Below are positions 36,083 through 45,501 of a stretch of 64,000 bases of DNA, in pieces. Source of the stretch: Cyclobacteriaceae bacterium. GTDB lineage: Bacteria; Bacteroidota; Bacteroidia; Cytophagales; Cyclobacteriaceae. The notes below the pieces were generated by a model, which was not told the origin of the DNA, ran no database searches, and worked only from the letters and a program-made list of their open reading frames with translations. Location of the stretch: positions 3,492 through 67,491 of the forward strand of contig JBDVMP010000018.1 of assembly GCA_039970095.1 (NCBI GenBank), in the 5' to 3' direction. Each line of letters starts with the position of its first letter. Within the stretch, counting starts at the first letter, position 1. The position numbers were made by a program, and so were the translations under genes.

Positions 36083-36972
36083 TTTTCTTCGAGTATTTTT
36101 AGAAATTCCTGTTCCAGCGAATTTGTTCGGGTTACGATTCTTTTTAGCGAAAGGCCCTGTTCAAAACAGTATTTGTTGATGGCATCACTAGTTAAACCAT
36201 TGGCAGTTTTTAGTATGAGGAGGCCGTTTTCTTCGCTCATTGCTTCTATGTTGTCTAGTTTCAGTATTGTCGCCTTGAGTTTTTCATTGTCTGCCGCGGC
36301 AATTTCTACTTCATTGGTTTCACCTAAAATATCATTCACTGAGCCTTCGTGGAGTTTGACACCCTGGCGCAAAACACAAAAGTGCGTGCACACTTTTTGT
36401 ACCTCATCTAGCAGGTGACTGGCCAGCAGTATTGTTTTTCCTGCGGCGGCTATTTCTTTTATCAAAGTTCGGATCTCCGCAATACCTTGTGGGTCCAACC
36501 CATTTGTGGGCTCGTCCAGAATGAGAACGGGAGGGTTGGCTATCAGCGCTGCTGCGATGGACAGCCGCTGTTTCATCCCCAGACTGTACGTTTTGAATTT
36601 GTCGTTTTTCCTTTCGGCTAGCCCAACTTGCTCGAGCACCTCTTCTATCCGATCAAACGAACATTCTTTGATGTGTGCGGTGATGCGCAGGTTTTGCACA
36701 GCCGTGAGATAAGGGTAAAAACAAGGCGTTTCCAGTATGGCACCAATTTGCTTTCTGGCGCTAATGGGGGACATGCCACCAAACCACTGATATGCTCCGG
36801 CCGTAGGGGCAACCACATCCAGTATCATGCCCAGAGTGGTGGTTTTACCACTACCGTTTGGCCCTAAAATACCGTAAATCTGACCTTGCTGTATGTTGAG
36901 GTTGAGGTTGGTCACGGCTTTTACCTTCCCAAAGTTTTTGGAAAGCCCTTTTATTTCAAGAATGTCCTTCAA
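36079..36972 (-). CDS. ABC transporter ATP-binding protein (BcrA-like)
   Basis: GPNGSGKTT, YSLGMKQR, LDEPTNGLDP, SH switch. Confidence 0.95.
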   Translation of the reverse strand: MKDILEIKGLSKNFGKVKAVTNLNLNIQQGQIYGILGPNGSGKTTTLGMILDVVAPTAGAYQWFGGMSPISARKQIGAILETPCFYPYLTAVQNLRITAHIKECSFDRIEEVLEQVGLAERKNDKFKTYSLGMKQRLSIAAALIANPPVLILDEPTNGLDPQGIAEIRTLIKEIAAAGKTILLASHLLDEVQKVCTHFCVLRQGVKLHEGSVNDILGETNEVEIAAADNEKLKATILKLDNIEAMSEENGLLILKTANGLTSDAINKYCFEQGLSLKRIVTRTNSLEQEFLKILEEK

Positions 36973-36989
36973 AATGTGGGTTGATTGAG

Positions 36990-37475
36990 TTAGAAAATTT
37001 CAATTAAATCAAGGTCTTCCATGCTTTTGATCAGCGTCGGGATCTTTTGCCACGGAATGTCACCTCTCAGATAAAAGGCCACCGCCAGTTCGTCTGACCA
37101 CATATACCCTGCAAACTCCTGCTGGCGTCTATCGCTTTTTCCTACTATGGACAAGCTCATGCCGCCTCCCTGCGCAGAAGCGTATTCTTCAAAACCCACA
37201 CTTTGGTATTTTTCCGATACCTCTCTGTAAGATTTATTTGCCTGGCTGCTGCTATCTAGTTGGTATATGAGCAATTTTTCTACACCGGTAGCCAGCTCGT
37301 TGAAGTCAGCATTTTGCTTGATATTGACCATGCGAAGCGTGCTGGGATAAAAGCAATATTTGCCTTCATTGCTTTTTTCGAATTGGTCTTTCAGGATGGA
37401 TTCCTGTGCAAAAAGGGGCTGCTGTGACAGCCCCAGAATTGAAACAAAGAGGATAATCTTAATCGTCTGCATCAA
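36990..37475 (-). CDS. Exported DUF4252-like protein
   Basis: Signal peptide ..FA|Q; FYPSTLRMVN; GFEEYA; adjacent to a DUF4252 gene. Confidence 0.65.
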   Translation of the reverse strand: MMQTIKIILFVSILGLSQQPLFAQESILKDQFEKSNEGKYCFYPSTLRMVNIKQNADFNELATGVEKLLIYQLDSSSQANKSYREVSEKYQSVGFEEYASAQGGGMSLSIVGKSDRRQQEFAGYMWSDELAVAFYLRGDIPWQKIPTLIKSMEDLDLIEIF

Positions 37476-37980
37476 GTTTGCCTAAATTGTCCAAACCGCC
37501 TACATTCATAGATCTCGCTATTTTGGAGATGTTTTTCAGGTCTATTTCGCCGTAGAGGCTCAGCAGCACAAAATGCTTGTTTCCACCTACTACCATGATC
37601 AGCTCTTCTATGATACCGTTTTTGTCTTTGATAGAAAACTTCATGTTTTCTTCTGCATCCTTGACGGACATCAGTTCCTCATACCCGGCAGCTTCCACGT
37701 CTGTAGTTGCTCTTTTGTACATGGCAGCTGAGTTTGCAATGGAGTCTGCGGCTATCACCTTGAGGCCTTTCAGTTTGCTGATGGCTTTGAGAAACTCTTT
37801 TTCCTCTTCGCTTCCTGCTTCCAGCTCTGTGAAAAGCGAAAACATCTTGCTGCTGACGGACACCTTTGTGAAGGCGTCATTGTCTGCCAATTCATTCAAA
37901 TAATTGGTCACGACTTTCCCTTGTGCAAACACTCCCAGGGAGGTCAAAATAATTGCGATTGATAATAATATCTTTTTCAT
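37459..37980 (-). CDS. DUF4252 domain protein
   Basis: Signal peptide ..FA|Q; FTKVSVSSKMFSLF, KLKGLKV, GYEELMSVKD, ELIMVV, LYGEIDL. Confidence 0.88.
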   Translation of the reverse strand: MKKILLSIAIILTSLGVFAQGKVVTNYLNELADNDAFTKVSVSSKMFSLFTELEAGSEEEKEFLKAISKLKGLKVIAADSIANSAAMYKRATTDVEAAGYEELMSVKDAEENMKFSIKDKNGIIEELIMVVGGNKHFVLLSLYGEIDLKNISKIARSMNVGGLDNLGKLDADD

Positions 37981-37998
37981 GTCTTTGATCTTAAAATG

Positions 37999-38424
37999 TT
38001 ATTCTTCGTCTGAAATAATTTGTTCTGCTTTGTTGATATGTCCTATTTCTTTGGAATAAGTCTTGCCCTCATTCAACCCCGACGAAACCATCATCAGCGC
38101 TTTTCTGGTGATTTCGTAGGCTTCTTTTGGGTCCTCTACCAAAAAGTTGTCCCCGTTTCTCGAATCCTGTATCACGATGGCGGCCGTCATGATGCCAACC
38201 AGAAGAGCCGCTGCTACTGACCACTGGCTTTTCCAACCCGTACGTCCTGGATGCTTAAAGGTCACGCCGGGCTTTTTGCCTTTGGCGTTTACCGCCTGAA
38301 AGTACCTTCCCTGAGCTGTCAAAGAAGGGTTGGATTTGAAATATGCTTTCAATTCTGCTTCTTCGGCCAGCGATGTTTCACCAGCCCAATACTTTTCCTG
38401 CAATTCCTTAATTCGCGATTCCAT
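37999..38424 (-). CDS. Putative anti-sigma factor (single TM)
   Basis: MESRIKELQEKYWAGETSLAEEAELKAYF N-terminus, one TM (SVAAALLVGIMTAAIVI); directly after the ECF sigma gene. Confidence 0.7.
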   Translation of the reverse strand: MESRIKELQEKYWAGETSLAEEAELKAYFKSNPSLTAQGRYFQAVNAKGKKPGVTFKHPGRTGWKSQWSVAAALLVGIMTAAIVIQDSRNGDNFLVEDPKEAYEITRKALMMVSSGLNEGKTYSKEIGHINKAEQIISDEE

Positions 38425-38920
38425 AAGCTTCGATTCGTTCAATGGATGATCTGATTTTAGTTCTGGCGCGATGAAGGTAAACTTTCACTTCGCTCATGCT
38501 AATGGACAGCACGTCCGCAATGTCCTGATAAGGCAATTCCTCAATTTCCCGCAGGTGGTAAACCTCCTGTTGTTTCACGGGCAGAGATTCGATGGCCTTT
38601 TCGAGCCATTTCATATGATCAGAAAAGAGTAACTCGTAATCTGACTGATCATCTGCGGGGCGTTCTTTGTCCTGATCGGTTAAAACCGTAAACCGGTTCG
38701 TTTTTACCCAGTCATAACACTGGTTTCTGGTTATGCGCATTGCCCAGGCCTCCGGGCTTTGAACCTCTACAAGCTTGGTTCTTTTGTTCCAAATTTTGGC
38801 CAAACACTCCTGAACCACATCTTGTGCCGTGTCCGCTTCCTTGAGGATGGACAGGGCAAACCGATACATTTTATCTGATACCGGAATAATTTGTGTTTCA
38901 AACAGTTGGTTTGGTGACAT
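38408..38920 (-). CDS. ECF RNA polymerase sigma factor
   Basis: MYRFALSIL, AQDVVQE, WAMRITRNQCYD, region 4 YQDIADVLSISMSEVKVYLHRAR. Confidence 0.95.
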   Translation of the reverse strand: MSPNQLFETQIIPVSDKMYRFALSILKEADTAQDVVQECLAKIWNKRTKLVEVQSPEAWAMRITRNQCYDWVKTNRFTVLTDQDKERPADDQSDYELLFSDHMKWLEKAIESLPVKQQEVYHLREIEELPYQDIADVLSISMSEVKVYLHRARTKIRSSIERIEAYGIAN

Positions 38921-39037
38921 ATCAAAAAGGAGACGACCCGAAAGGCCGGATGTTACAGGCGTCCTTAAAATATTTTTATAAAAAGATAATGAGAAGTTTT
39001 TTCAAGGCAGAGGCAGGAAACGGAAAAGCGCATTTTA

Positions 39038-39045
39038 TACCTTTG
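39038..39045 (+). promoter_or_regulatory. Bacteroidota -7 promoter box (TACCTTTG) for lgt
   Basis: Exact TAnnTTTG, 61 nt before the ATG. Confidence 0.5.
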
Positions 39046-39106
39046 AAAGCCTTTTATATGACAACTAGTTTGGACAAATTAGTGTCTTAACCCAAAATCA
39101 AAATTT

Positions 39107-39877
39107 ATGCATCCCGAACTCTTTTCTATTGGCAGCCTCACAATTCACACCTATGGGTTTATGATTATGATGGGGGCCCTGGTTGGCTATTTTTATATGT
39201 CCACCACGGCAAAAAAGGAATTGGGTATAGAAAGCGAAAAGATTCAGAACCTGGCTATATTGATCATAGTGGCGGCTTTTGTGGGAGGAAAATTGCTTTT
39301 TTATCTGGAAGACCCAAAACACTATTTTTCTTCGTGGGATGCCATGGCCAGAAACTTCCGAACGGGTTTTGTTTTTTATGGCTCTCTGCTTTTCGCCATT
39401 CCTACGGCCGTTTGGTACTTTAGAAAAGAAAAATTTCCACTTTGGCCCATGCTAGACAGGGTCGCGATTACAGGGTGTATCATTCATGCATTTGGGAGAA
39501 TGGGCTGCTTTTTCGCAGGCTGCTGCTACGGTAAACCAACGGATGGCACCTTAGGCGTGACCTATACCGACGAAGCTTCGCAGGCAGAGCCACTTCATAC
39601 CGCCCTCCACCCGACGCAGCTTTATTCTGTCACCATGATTTTGATCATTTTGGTGGTGCTGATTATGCTGAAGCGCCATGGAAGACTGCAAGGCAGGTTG
39701 ATATTTGTTTATGTGACGCTCTATGCAGCTGGCAGGGCGATCATTGAAATTTTCCGTGGAGATATAGCCCGTGGTTTTATCATCGAAGGTTGGCTGTCAC
39801 ACTCTCAGTTCATTTCTATTTTGGTAGTGGCTGCCGCGGGGATCGCTTATTTTGTAGGTTATAGGAAGGGAAGTTAG
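39107..39877 (+). CDS. lgt: Prolipoprotein diacylglyceryl transferase
   Basis: IHTYG, GFVFYGSL, GRMGCFFAGCCYG, HPTQLY, EIFRGD. Confidence 0.95.
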   Translation: MHPELFSIGSLTIHTYGFMIMMGALVGYFYMSTTAKKELGIESEKIQNLAILIIVAAFVGGKLLFYLEDPKHYFSSWDAMARNFRTGFVFYGSLLFAIPTAVWYFRKEKFPLWPMLDRVAITGCIIHAFGRMGCFFAGCCYGKPTDGTLGVTYTDEASQAEPLHTALHPTQLYSVTMILIILVVLIMLKRHGRLQGRLIFVYVTLYAAGRAIIEIFRGDIARGFIIEGWLSHSQFISILVVAAAGIAYFVGYRKGS

Positions 39878-40749
39878 GTTTTCACCCGCACCGTCAACCC
39901 ACCTTTCAGCACAGAAAATCTAAACGGCGGGTTTCCGAAATATTCTCCATCTATATGCGCGTGAAGTTGAGGTTGCTCATTTATAACAAGCTCTTCTGCT
40001 TGATGAATTAGCACTTCTTTGAGTTCAACGTGTGAGCCGCTTTCTAATCTCGAAATATTCAAAAACCTTCTTAGCGGTTTGAGGTCTCCTATTTCACAGA
40101 TGTGGAGTTTGCCATCGTCCAGAGCAGCATCTGGTGTCAGCTTGAACGACCCCCCGAATGTTGTGCCTTTTGCTACACAGAGCAAGATCAAGCCTTTCTT
40201 GTGACTCTCTTTGTCAATGCTGAAATCGAAAGGTTTGGCTTTGTATGAGGACAAGATTTTCAAAACGTGGTAATAATACTTGGCAGCCCCCTGAAGCCAT
40301 GTTTTTTGTGAAGCCATGTCAGCTACGATCTGCCCATCGAAACCAACTCCTACTCCGTTTAGGAACTTTCTACCATTACAAATACCAATGTCAACAAGCT
40401 TGATTTTTCCTGAAATGGCGGTTTCTATTTGTTCATGAAGCGTTTTGCCAAGGTCGAGGCACTTCACATAGTCATTGCCGGAACCACACGGAATTATACT
40501 GACCGGGATGTTTGGTTTGAGCCCGTTCACGGCCTCATTGATGGTGCCGTCTCCACCAAGTATGATCACGTCGGTGAAGGTTTTGTTCAATTCCTGTTCT
40601 ACTGTTTGCCAGCCGTTGCGATCAGCGTGAGTCAGAAATGACTCATATGGGATGTGATCAGCAGCAAGCACTTCCTCTAGTGTCGCCAGTGCTTTTAATG
40701 CTTTACGTTTGCCTGAGGTTGGGTTGGTGAGGACGAATATTTTTTTCAC
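39874..40749 (-). CDS. Diacylglycerol/lipid kinase family protein (YegS/BmrU-like)
   Basis: NPTSG, GGDGTINE, PCGSGNDY, GVGFDG, HIDGE. Confidence 0.92.
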   Translation of the reverse strand: MKKIFVLTNPTSGKRKALKALATLEEVLAADHIPYESFLTHADRNGWQTVEQELNKTFTDVIILGGDGTINEAVNGLKPNIPVSIIPCGSGNDYVKCLDLGKTLHEQIETAISGKIKLVDIGICNGRKFLNGVGVGFDGQIVADMASQKTWLQGAAKYYYHVLKILSSYKAKPFDFSIDKESHKKGLILLCVAKGTTFGGSFKLTPDAALDDGKLHICEIGDLKPLRRFLNISRLESGSHVELKEVLIHQAEELVINEQPQLHAHIDGEYFGNPPFRFSVLKGGLTVRVKT

Positions 40750-40758
40750 TTCCTGATG

Positions 40759-41709
40759 CTAAAAGGGTAGGTTGGTCACGTCCACATTGCCACCTGTAAG
40801 AACCATCCCAACTCGCTTGCCTGCCAGGAGCTCTTTGTTTTTGAGTGCGACGGCAAATGGAACTGCGGAAGAAGGTTCGATGATGATTTTCATCCGTTCC
40901 CAAATGATTCGCATGGCCTTTACTATTTCCTTTTCACTGACAGTGACCACATCTTCTACCAACTCTTTGATGATACCAAAGTTTTTATCTCCTAAGGAGA
41001 CTTTTAGACCATCCGCCACTGTTTTTGGGTTTGTAACTGTTTGTAATTTTCCTGATTTGAATGAGCGAAATGTGTCATCGGCTTTCTCAGGCTCACCCAA
41101 AATCACCTTAATGTTAGGGTCAATGCATTTTGCGCTGATGGCGGTACCTGCTGCGAGCCCACCTCCACCTACCGGGGTGAGGATGTAATCGAGATCTTCG
41201 ATTTCCTCGATTAGCTCTTTTGCAGCGGTGGCTTGTCCGGCGATGATTCTATAATCGTTGAACGGAGGTACGAAAATGGCATTTGTTTTGGCCAAAATGG
41301 CATCACAGGTTTTCTGGCGTGACTTTTCATTTGGCTCGCAAAAGGTGACTTGTGCGCCGTATTCTTTTACCGCTTCTATTTTCACTTTGGTGGAGTCCTT
41401 AGGCATCACCACATATGCTTGGGTGCCGATCAGCTTGGCGGCCAGCGCCACAGCCTGGGCGTGATTGCCCGAGGAGTGGGTGGCAAATCCGCGAGCCCTT
41501 TCTTCGGGGGTGAACTCCATGATCATGTTGGTGGCACCACGCATTTTGAAGGCTCCCCCCTTTTGAAAGTTTTCACACTTAAAAAAAATCTCAGCACCCA
41601 CCATCTCATTGATTGACTTGGCGGTCATTACGGGAGTGACATCCACATACTTACTGATGCGAATATGTGCACGTTTGATCTCTGATAAACCTGGGACTTT
41701 TTCTGTCAT
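40759..41709 (-). CDS. PLP-dependent serine/threonine dehydratase or serine racemase-like enzyme
   Basis: KCENFQKGGAFKMRGA (PLP Lys), SSGNHAQ, VGGGGL, EPSSA, TGGNVD. Confidence 0.92.
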   Translation of the reverse strand: MTEKVPGLSEIKRAHIRISKYVDVTPVMTAKSINEMVGAEIFFKCENFQKGGAFKMRGATNMIMEFTPEERARGFATHSSGNHAQAVALAAKLIGTQAYVVMPKDSTKVKIEAVKEYGAQVTFCEPNEKSRQKTCDAILAKTNAIFVPPFNDYRIIAGQATAAKELIEEIEDLDYILTPVGGGGLAAGTAISAKCIDPNIKVILGEPEKADDTFRSFKSGKLQTVTNPKTVADGLKVSLGDKNFGIIKELVEDVVTVSEKEIVKAMRIIWERMKIIIEPSSAVPFAVALKNKELLAGKRVGMVLTGGNVDVTNLPF

Positions 41710-41726
41710 TTTCTTAATTAGTGTGA

Positions 41727-44504
41727 TTAGTGAGCCTGAAGCCAGTTTTCGCCTTGGCCTATACCAATTTCCATGGGTACGTTCAGCTCCAGAGCGGTTT
41801 TCATAAATTGATCCACGTTTTCTTTGAGCAGGTCTATCTCGTCTTTGTGCGCGTCAAAAACCAATTCATCATGTACTTGCATGATCATTTTGGACTTTAG
41901 GTTTTGCTCCTTCATCCAGTTGTGGATTTTGATCATGGCCAGTTTGATCATATCTGCGGCGCTTCCCTGGATGGGGGCATTGATGGCATTGCGTTCGGCA
42001 AAGCCACGCTGCGTAAAGTTTTTGGTGTTGATGTTCCTCAAATACCTGCGACGACCCAAAATTGTCTCTACATATTCCTGCTCGTGCGCCTTGGCGATGG
42101 TATCGTCCATGTATTCTTTCACCTTCGGGAATTGCTGAAAATAGGACTCTATGATTTCTGCTGCCTCCGACCTTGGGATATTCAGGTTTTGGCTTAGGCC
42201 AAATGCCGAGATACCATAAATAATTCCAAAGTTTACTTCCTTGGCTTTTCTCCTCATCCCTGAATCAACTTCATCTAAAGGGACTTTAAAGACTTTACTG
42301 GCAGTGTTGGTATGAATATCCACACCCGTTTTGAAAGCTTCCACCATGCCTTCGTCACCTGAAAATGCAGCCATGATTCTCAACTCGATCTGCGAATAAT
42401 CTGCTGCCAAGATGATGTAATCTTCACTTCTTGGGATGAACGCTTTTCTAATTTCTCTTCCTTTTTCGGTCCTGATAGGGATATTTTGAAGGTTTGGGTT
42501 ATTAGAACTCAGCCTGCCCGTAGCAGCTATGGTCTGCCGATAGTCGGTGTGCAGTTTGCCATCAATGGGGCTCACGAGAAGGGGTAGCGCATCTACATAA
42601 GTTGATTTGAGTTTTTGGTATTCACGAAACTCCAGGATTTTGGCAGCTATCTCGTGCTCGTTTGCCAGCTTGGATAAGATTTCTTCACCTGTAGCGTATT
42701 GGCCGGTCTTGGTTTTCTTTGGGTTCTCCATGATTTTGAGTTTATCAAAGAGAATTTCGCCGAGTTGTTTCGGGGAGGCAATGTTGAACTGCTGGCCCGC
42801 AATGTTGAAAATTTCGTCCTGCGCCGTTCTGCTGGCTTCTTCCAGTTCTTTGGACATGGCAGCAAGAGCAGGTTCGTCTATCCGTACACCTTCATATTCC
42901 ATATCGGCGAGCACAAAAGAAAGCGGCTCCTCTACTTCATGGAGTAATTTTCCTAGATTAAATTCTTTGATCTCGGGCTCCAGTTTTTCCTTTAGCTGCA
43001 AGGTGATATCGGCATCTTCACAAGCGTAGTTTTTCACATCCTCATCGGCTACATCCCTGATAGATTTTTGAGCCTTCCCTTTACCTACGAGCTCCTCAAA
43101 TTTGATCGGCTTATAGTTTAGATAGTTCTCCGCCATGATGTCCATGCCATGCTGAGTTTCCGGGTCAATGAGATAATGAGCCAGCATGGTGTCAAAGATT
43201 TTGCCTTTCACATTGACCCCATAATTGCGAAGTACCTGGATGTCGTACTTGAGGTTTTGTCCGATTTTCAGAACTGACTCGTCTTCCAGCAGGGCTTTAA
43301 ACTCGTTGGCGATATTTTGAGCTTCTTTTTCATCTTCGGGAATCATGACATAATAACCCTCTCCCACTTTTGTGCTAAAAGCGATACCGGCAAGCTTTGC
43401 TTCGCGTGTGTTCAGGCTGTTGGTTTCTGTATCAAAGCAAAACTCTTTCACAGAGCTCAATTTTTTAATGAGCTCAGACCTTTCATCGGCTGTTTTTACC
43501 AGGTGATATTTTGCTTTTTGTGCGTCCAGTTGGGTTTTTGTGGTGCCAAGCTCTTCTGGAGCATCGCCTGTGCCAAAGAGCCCTAGTTGGGATGTATCGC
43601 CGCTGGAGCTTGCAGTTCCCGCTACTTGTTCCACGAAAATACGTTTGGCAATGGTGCGCAGCTCCAACTCTTCGAAGATCGGGAGGAGCTTGTCTTTTTC
43701 CGGGTCTTTTTTCTCCAGTAACTCCTCATCAAAATCAATAGGAGAATCTATTTTTATGGTTGCTAATTTTTTGGAGAATATGCCCTGTTCCCCAAACTCT
43801 ACTACCTTTTTTTGAAGCGCACCTTTCAGTTGATCTGCATTGGCCACAATATTTTCAACCGTGCTGAATTCTTTCAGGAGTTTCACGGCTGTTTTATCTC
43901 CTACTCCGGGGATACCCGGAATATTATCCACGGCATCACCTTTGAGCCCAAGAAAATCAATGACCTGATCTACTCTTTCTATATCGAACTTGGCCAAAAC
44001 TTCGGGTATGCCAAGGATATCCACGGCATTTCCCATGAAGGCGGGCTTGTATAAAAAGATATGCTCGTCAACAAGCTGAGCATAATCCTTATCGGGAGTC
44101 ATCATGTAAACATCAAAATCATCTTTGGAGGCTTTTTTTGCCAAAGTGCCAATGAGATCATCTGCTTCATACCCATCCAATTCGATGATGGGGATATTCA
44201 TTCCGTCAAGGATTTTTTTGCAATATGGAATTGCCACAGCTATTTCTTCTGGTTGGGATTCCCTGTTTGCCTTGTATTCTTTATACTCGATGTGTCGGAA
44301 TGTAGGAGCGTGGGTATCGAAAGCGACACCTATGTGGGTGGGCTTTTCTTTGGTGATAATTTCCAGCACGGTATTGGTGAAACCCATGATGGCTCCTGTG
44401 TTAACACCTTTTGAAGTTATTCTTGGGTTTTTGCTCAATGCGAAGTGCGACCGATAAATAAGGGCCAGGGCATCAAGCAAGAAAAGTTTCTTTTTCTCGC
44501 TCAT
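41727..44504 (-). CDS. polA: DNA polymerase I
   Basis: 5'-3' exonuclease (GYEADD, GDAVDNIPG), 3'-5' exonuclease FDTET, polymerase motifs ADYSQIELR, AKEVNFGIIYG, QVHDELVF. Confidence 0.99.
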   Translation of the reverse strand: MSEKKKLFLLDALALIYRSHFALSKNPRITSKGVNTGAIMGFTNTVLEIITKEKPTHIGVAFDTHAPTFRHIEYKEYKANRESQPEEIAVAIPYCKKILDGMNIPIIELDGYEADDLIGTLAKKASKDDFDVYMMTPDKDYAQLVDEHIFLYKPAFMGNAVDILGIPEVLAKFDIERVDQVIDFLGLKGDAVDNIPGIPGVGDKTAVKLLKEFSTVENIVANADQLKGALQKKVVEFGEQGIFSKKLATIKIDSPIDFDEELLEKKDPEKDKLLPIFEELELRTIAKRIFVEQVAGTASSSGDTSQLGLFGTGDAPEELGTTKTQLDAQKAKYHLVKTADERSELIKKLSSVKEFCFDTETNSLNTREAKLAGIAFSTKVGEGYYVMIPEDEKEAQNIANEFKALLEDESVLKIGQNLKYDIQVLRNYGVNVKGKIFDTMLAHYLIDPETQHGMDIMAENYLNYKPIKFEELVGKGKAQKSIRDVADEDVKNYACEDADITLQLKEKLEPEIKEFNLGKLLHEVEEPLSFVLADMEYEGVRIDEPALAAMSKELEEASRTAQDEIFNIAGQQFNIASPKQLGEILFDKLKIMENPKKTKTGQYATGEEILSKLANEHEIAAKILEFREYQKLKSTYVDALPLLVSPIDGKLHTDYRQTIAATGRLSSNNPNLQNIPIRTEKGREIRKAFIPRSEDYIILAADYSQIELRIMAAFSGDEGMVEAFKTGVDIHTNTASKVFKVPLDEVDSGMRRKAKEVNFGIIYGISAFGLSQNLNIPRSEAAEIIESYFQQFPKVKEYMDDTIAKAHEQEYVETILGRRRYLRNINTKNFTQRGFAERNAINAPIQGSAADMIKLAMIKIHNWMKEQNLKSKMIMQVHDELVFDAHKDEIDLLKENVDQFMKTALELNVPMEIGIGQGENWLQAH

Positions 44505-44547
44505 GTGGGTAAAGGTAAATGAAGCGTGAGTGAAATGAAATGGAAAA

Positions 44548-45414
44548 CTACCGTCTGCTTTGGATAAAATCCATCACGGTGCTATAAGCGTCTTCGGTGG
44601 CCTCTTTATCAAATCGGCTGTTGCTGGGATTGGCAAATCCGTGCTCTGCAGCATAAGACTTGATGGTCAGGTTTTTCCCGGCGGCATCCATGTTTTTTTC
44701 AAACTGGGAGACAACTTCCGGGGTGATCCACTTTTCATTTGCGGCAAAAAGCCCGAGCACGTCACATTGCAAGGTTTTGAGTCTTTCTACATCTTGCTCG
44801 GGCATGCCATAAAACATGACTGTGCCGGCAGCCTGTCTGCCGAGCTCTATTCCGGTTTGCAAAGACCATCCACCACCAAAACACCATCCAATTGTGAAAA
44901 CTCGGGTGTCACGGCCGATAAAAAACTTAGCTCCGGCTATGATGGCTTGTGCACGGGTATCTGACACTGACTTCATGTATGTTGATGCTTCATCTCTTGT
45001 GGTGGCTACTTTGCCGTCGTATAAGTCTAGAGCCATAACATTGATGTCGCCAAGTTCTGCATGGAGTCTGTCCGATTCTTTTTTCACATATTCATTTAGT
45101 CCCCACCATTCATGAATCACAAAAAGATAATCATCTGACTTGCTTTCGGATTTGATCAGATAGGCGTTGGCAGTCTGGCCATCGCGTGTTTTATATTCGA
45201 CCATTTCGCCCTTTGGCATATAATCTTGAAGAGGCAGAGGTGTCTGGTGCTTTTTCTGAAACGAGACGTTTGTGGCGAAACCGGCGAACTCCTGAGTGGG
45301 GCTCGAACACTTGGTAATGTAGTCTGCGGGCAGCTTGGCTTGTTCTCTTTTATTAGACATAAATGCCAATGCGGCTGCAGCGAAAACTAAGAAGGTGATA
45401 ATTTTGGTCTTCAT
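44548..45414 (-). CDS. Dienelactone hydrolase family protein, exported
   Basis: IHEWWGL, GWCFGG nucleophile, FYG, AEHGFANP; start placed at MKTKII (45414). Confidence 0.92.
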   Translation of the reverse strand: MKTKIITFLVFAAAALAFMSNKREQAKLPADYITKCSSPTQEFAGFATNVSFQKKHQTPLPLQDYMPKGEMVEYKTRDGQTANAYLIKSESKSDDYLFVIHEWWGLNEYVKKESDRLHAELGDINVMALDLYDGKVATTRDEASTYMKSVSDTRAQAIIAGAKFFIGRDTRVFTIGWCFGGGWSLQTGIELGRQAAGTVMFYGMPEQDVERLKTLQCDVLGLFAANEKWITPEVVSQFEKNMDAAGKNLTIKSYAAEHGFANPSNSRFDKEATEDAYSTVMDFIQSRR

Positions 45415-45501
45415 AGCCCGGCAATTTGGTTTGTATAAGTTAACCAAAAAATCGTAAAATCACTCAAAAGGGCATTTCGGCCTCCTTATTATCAAGAAAA
45501 T

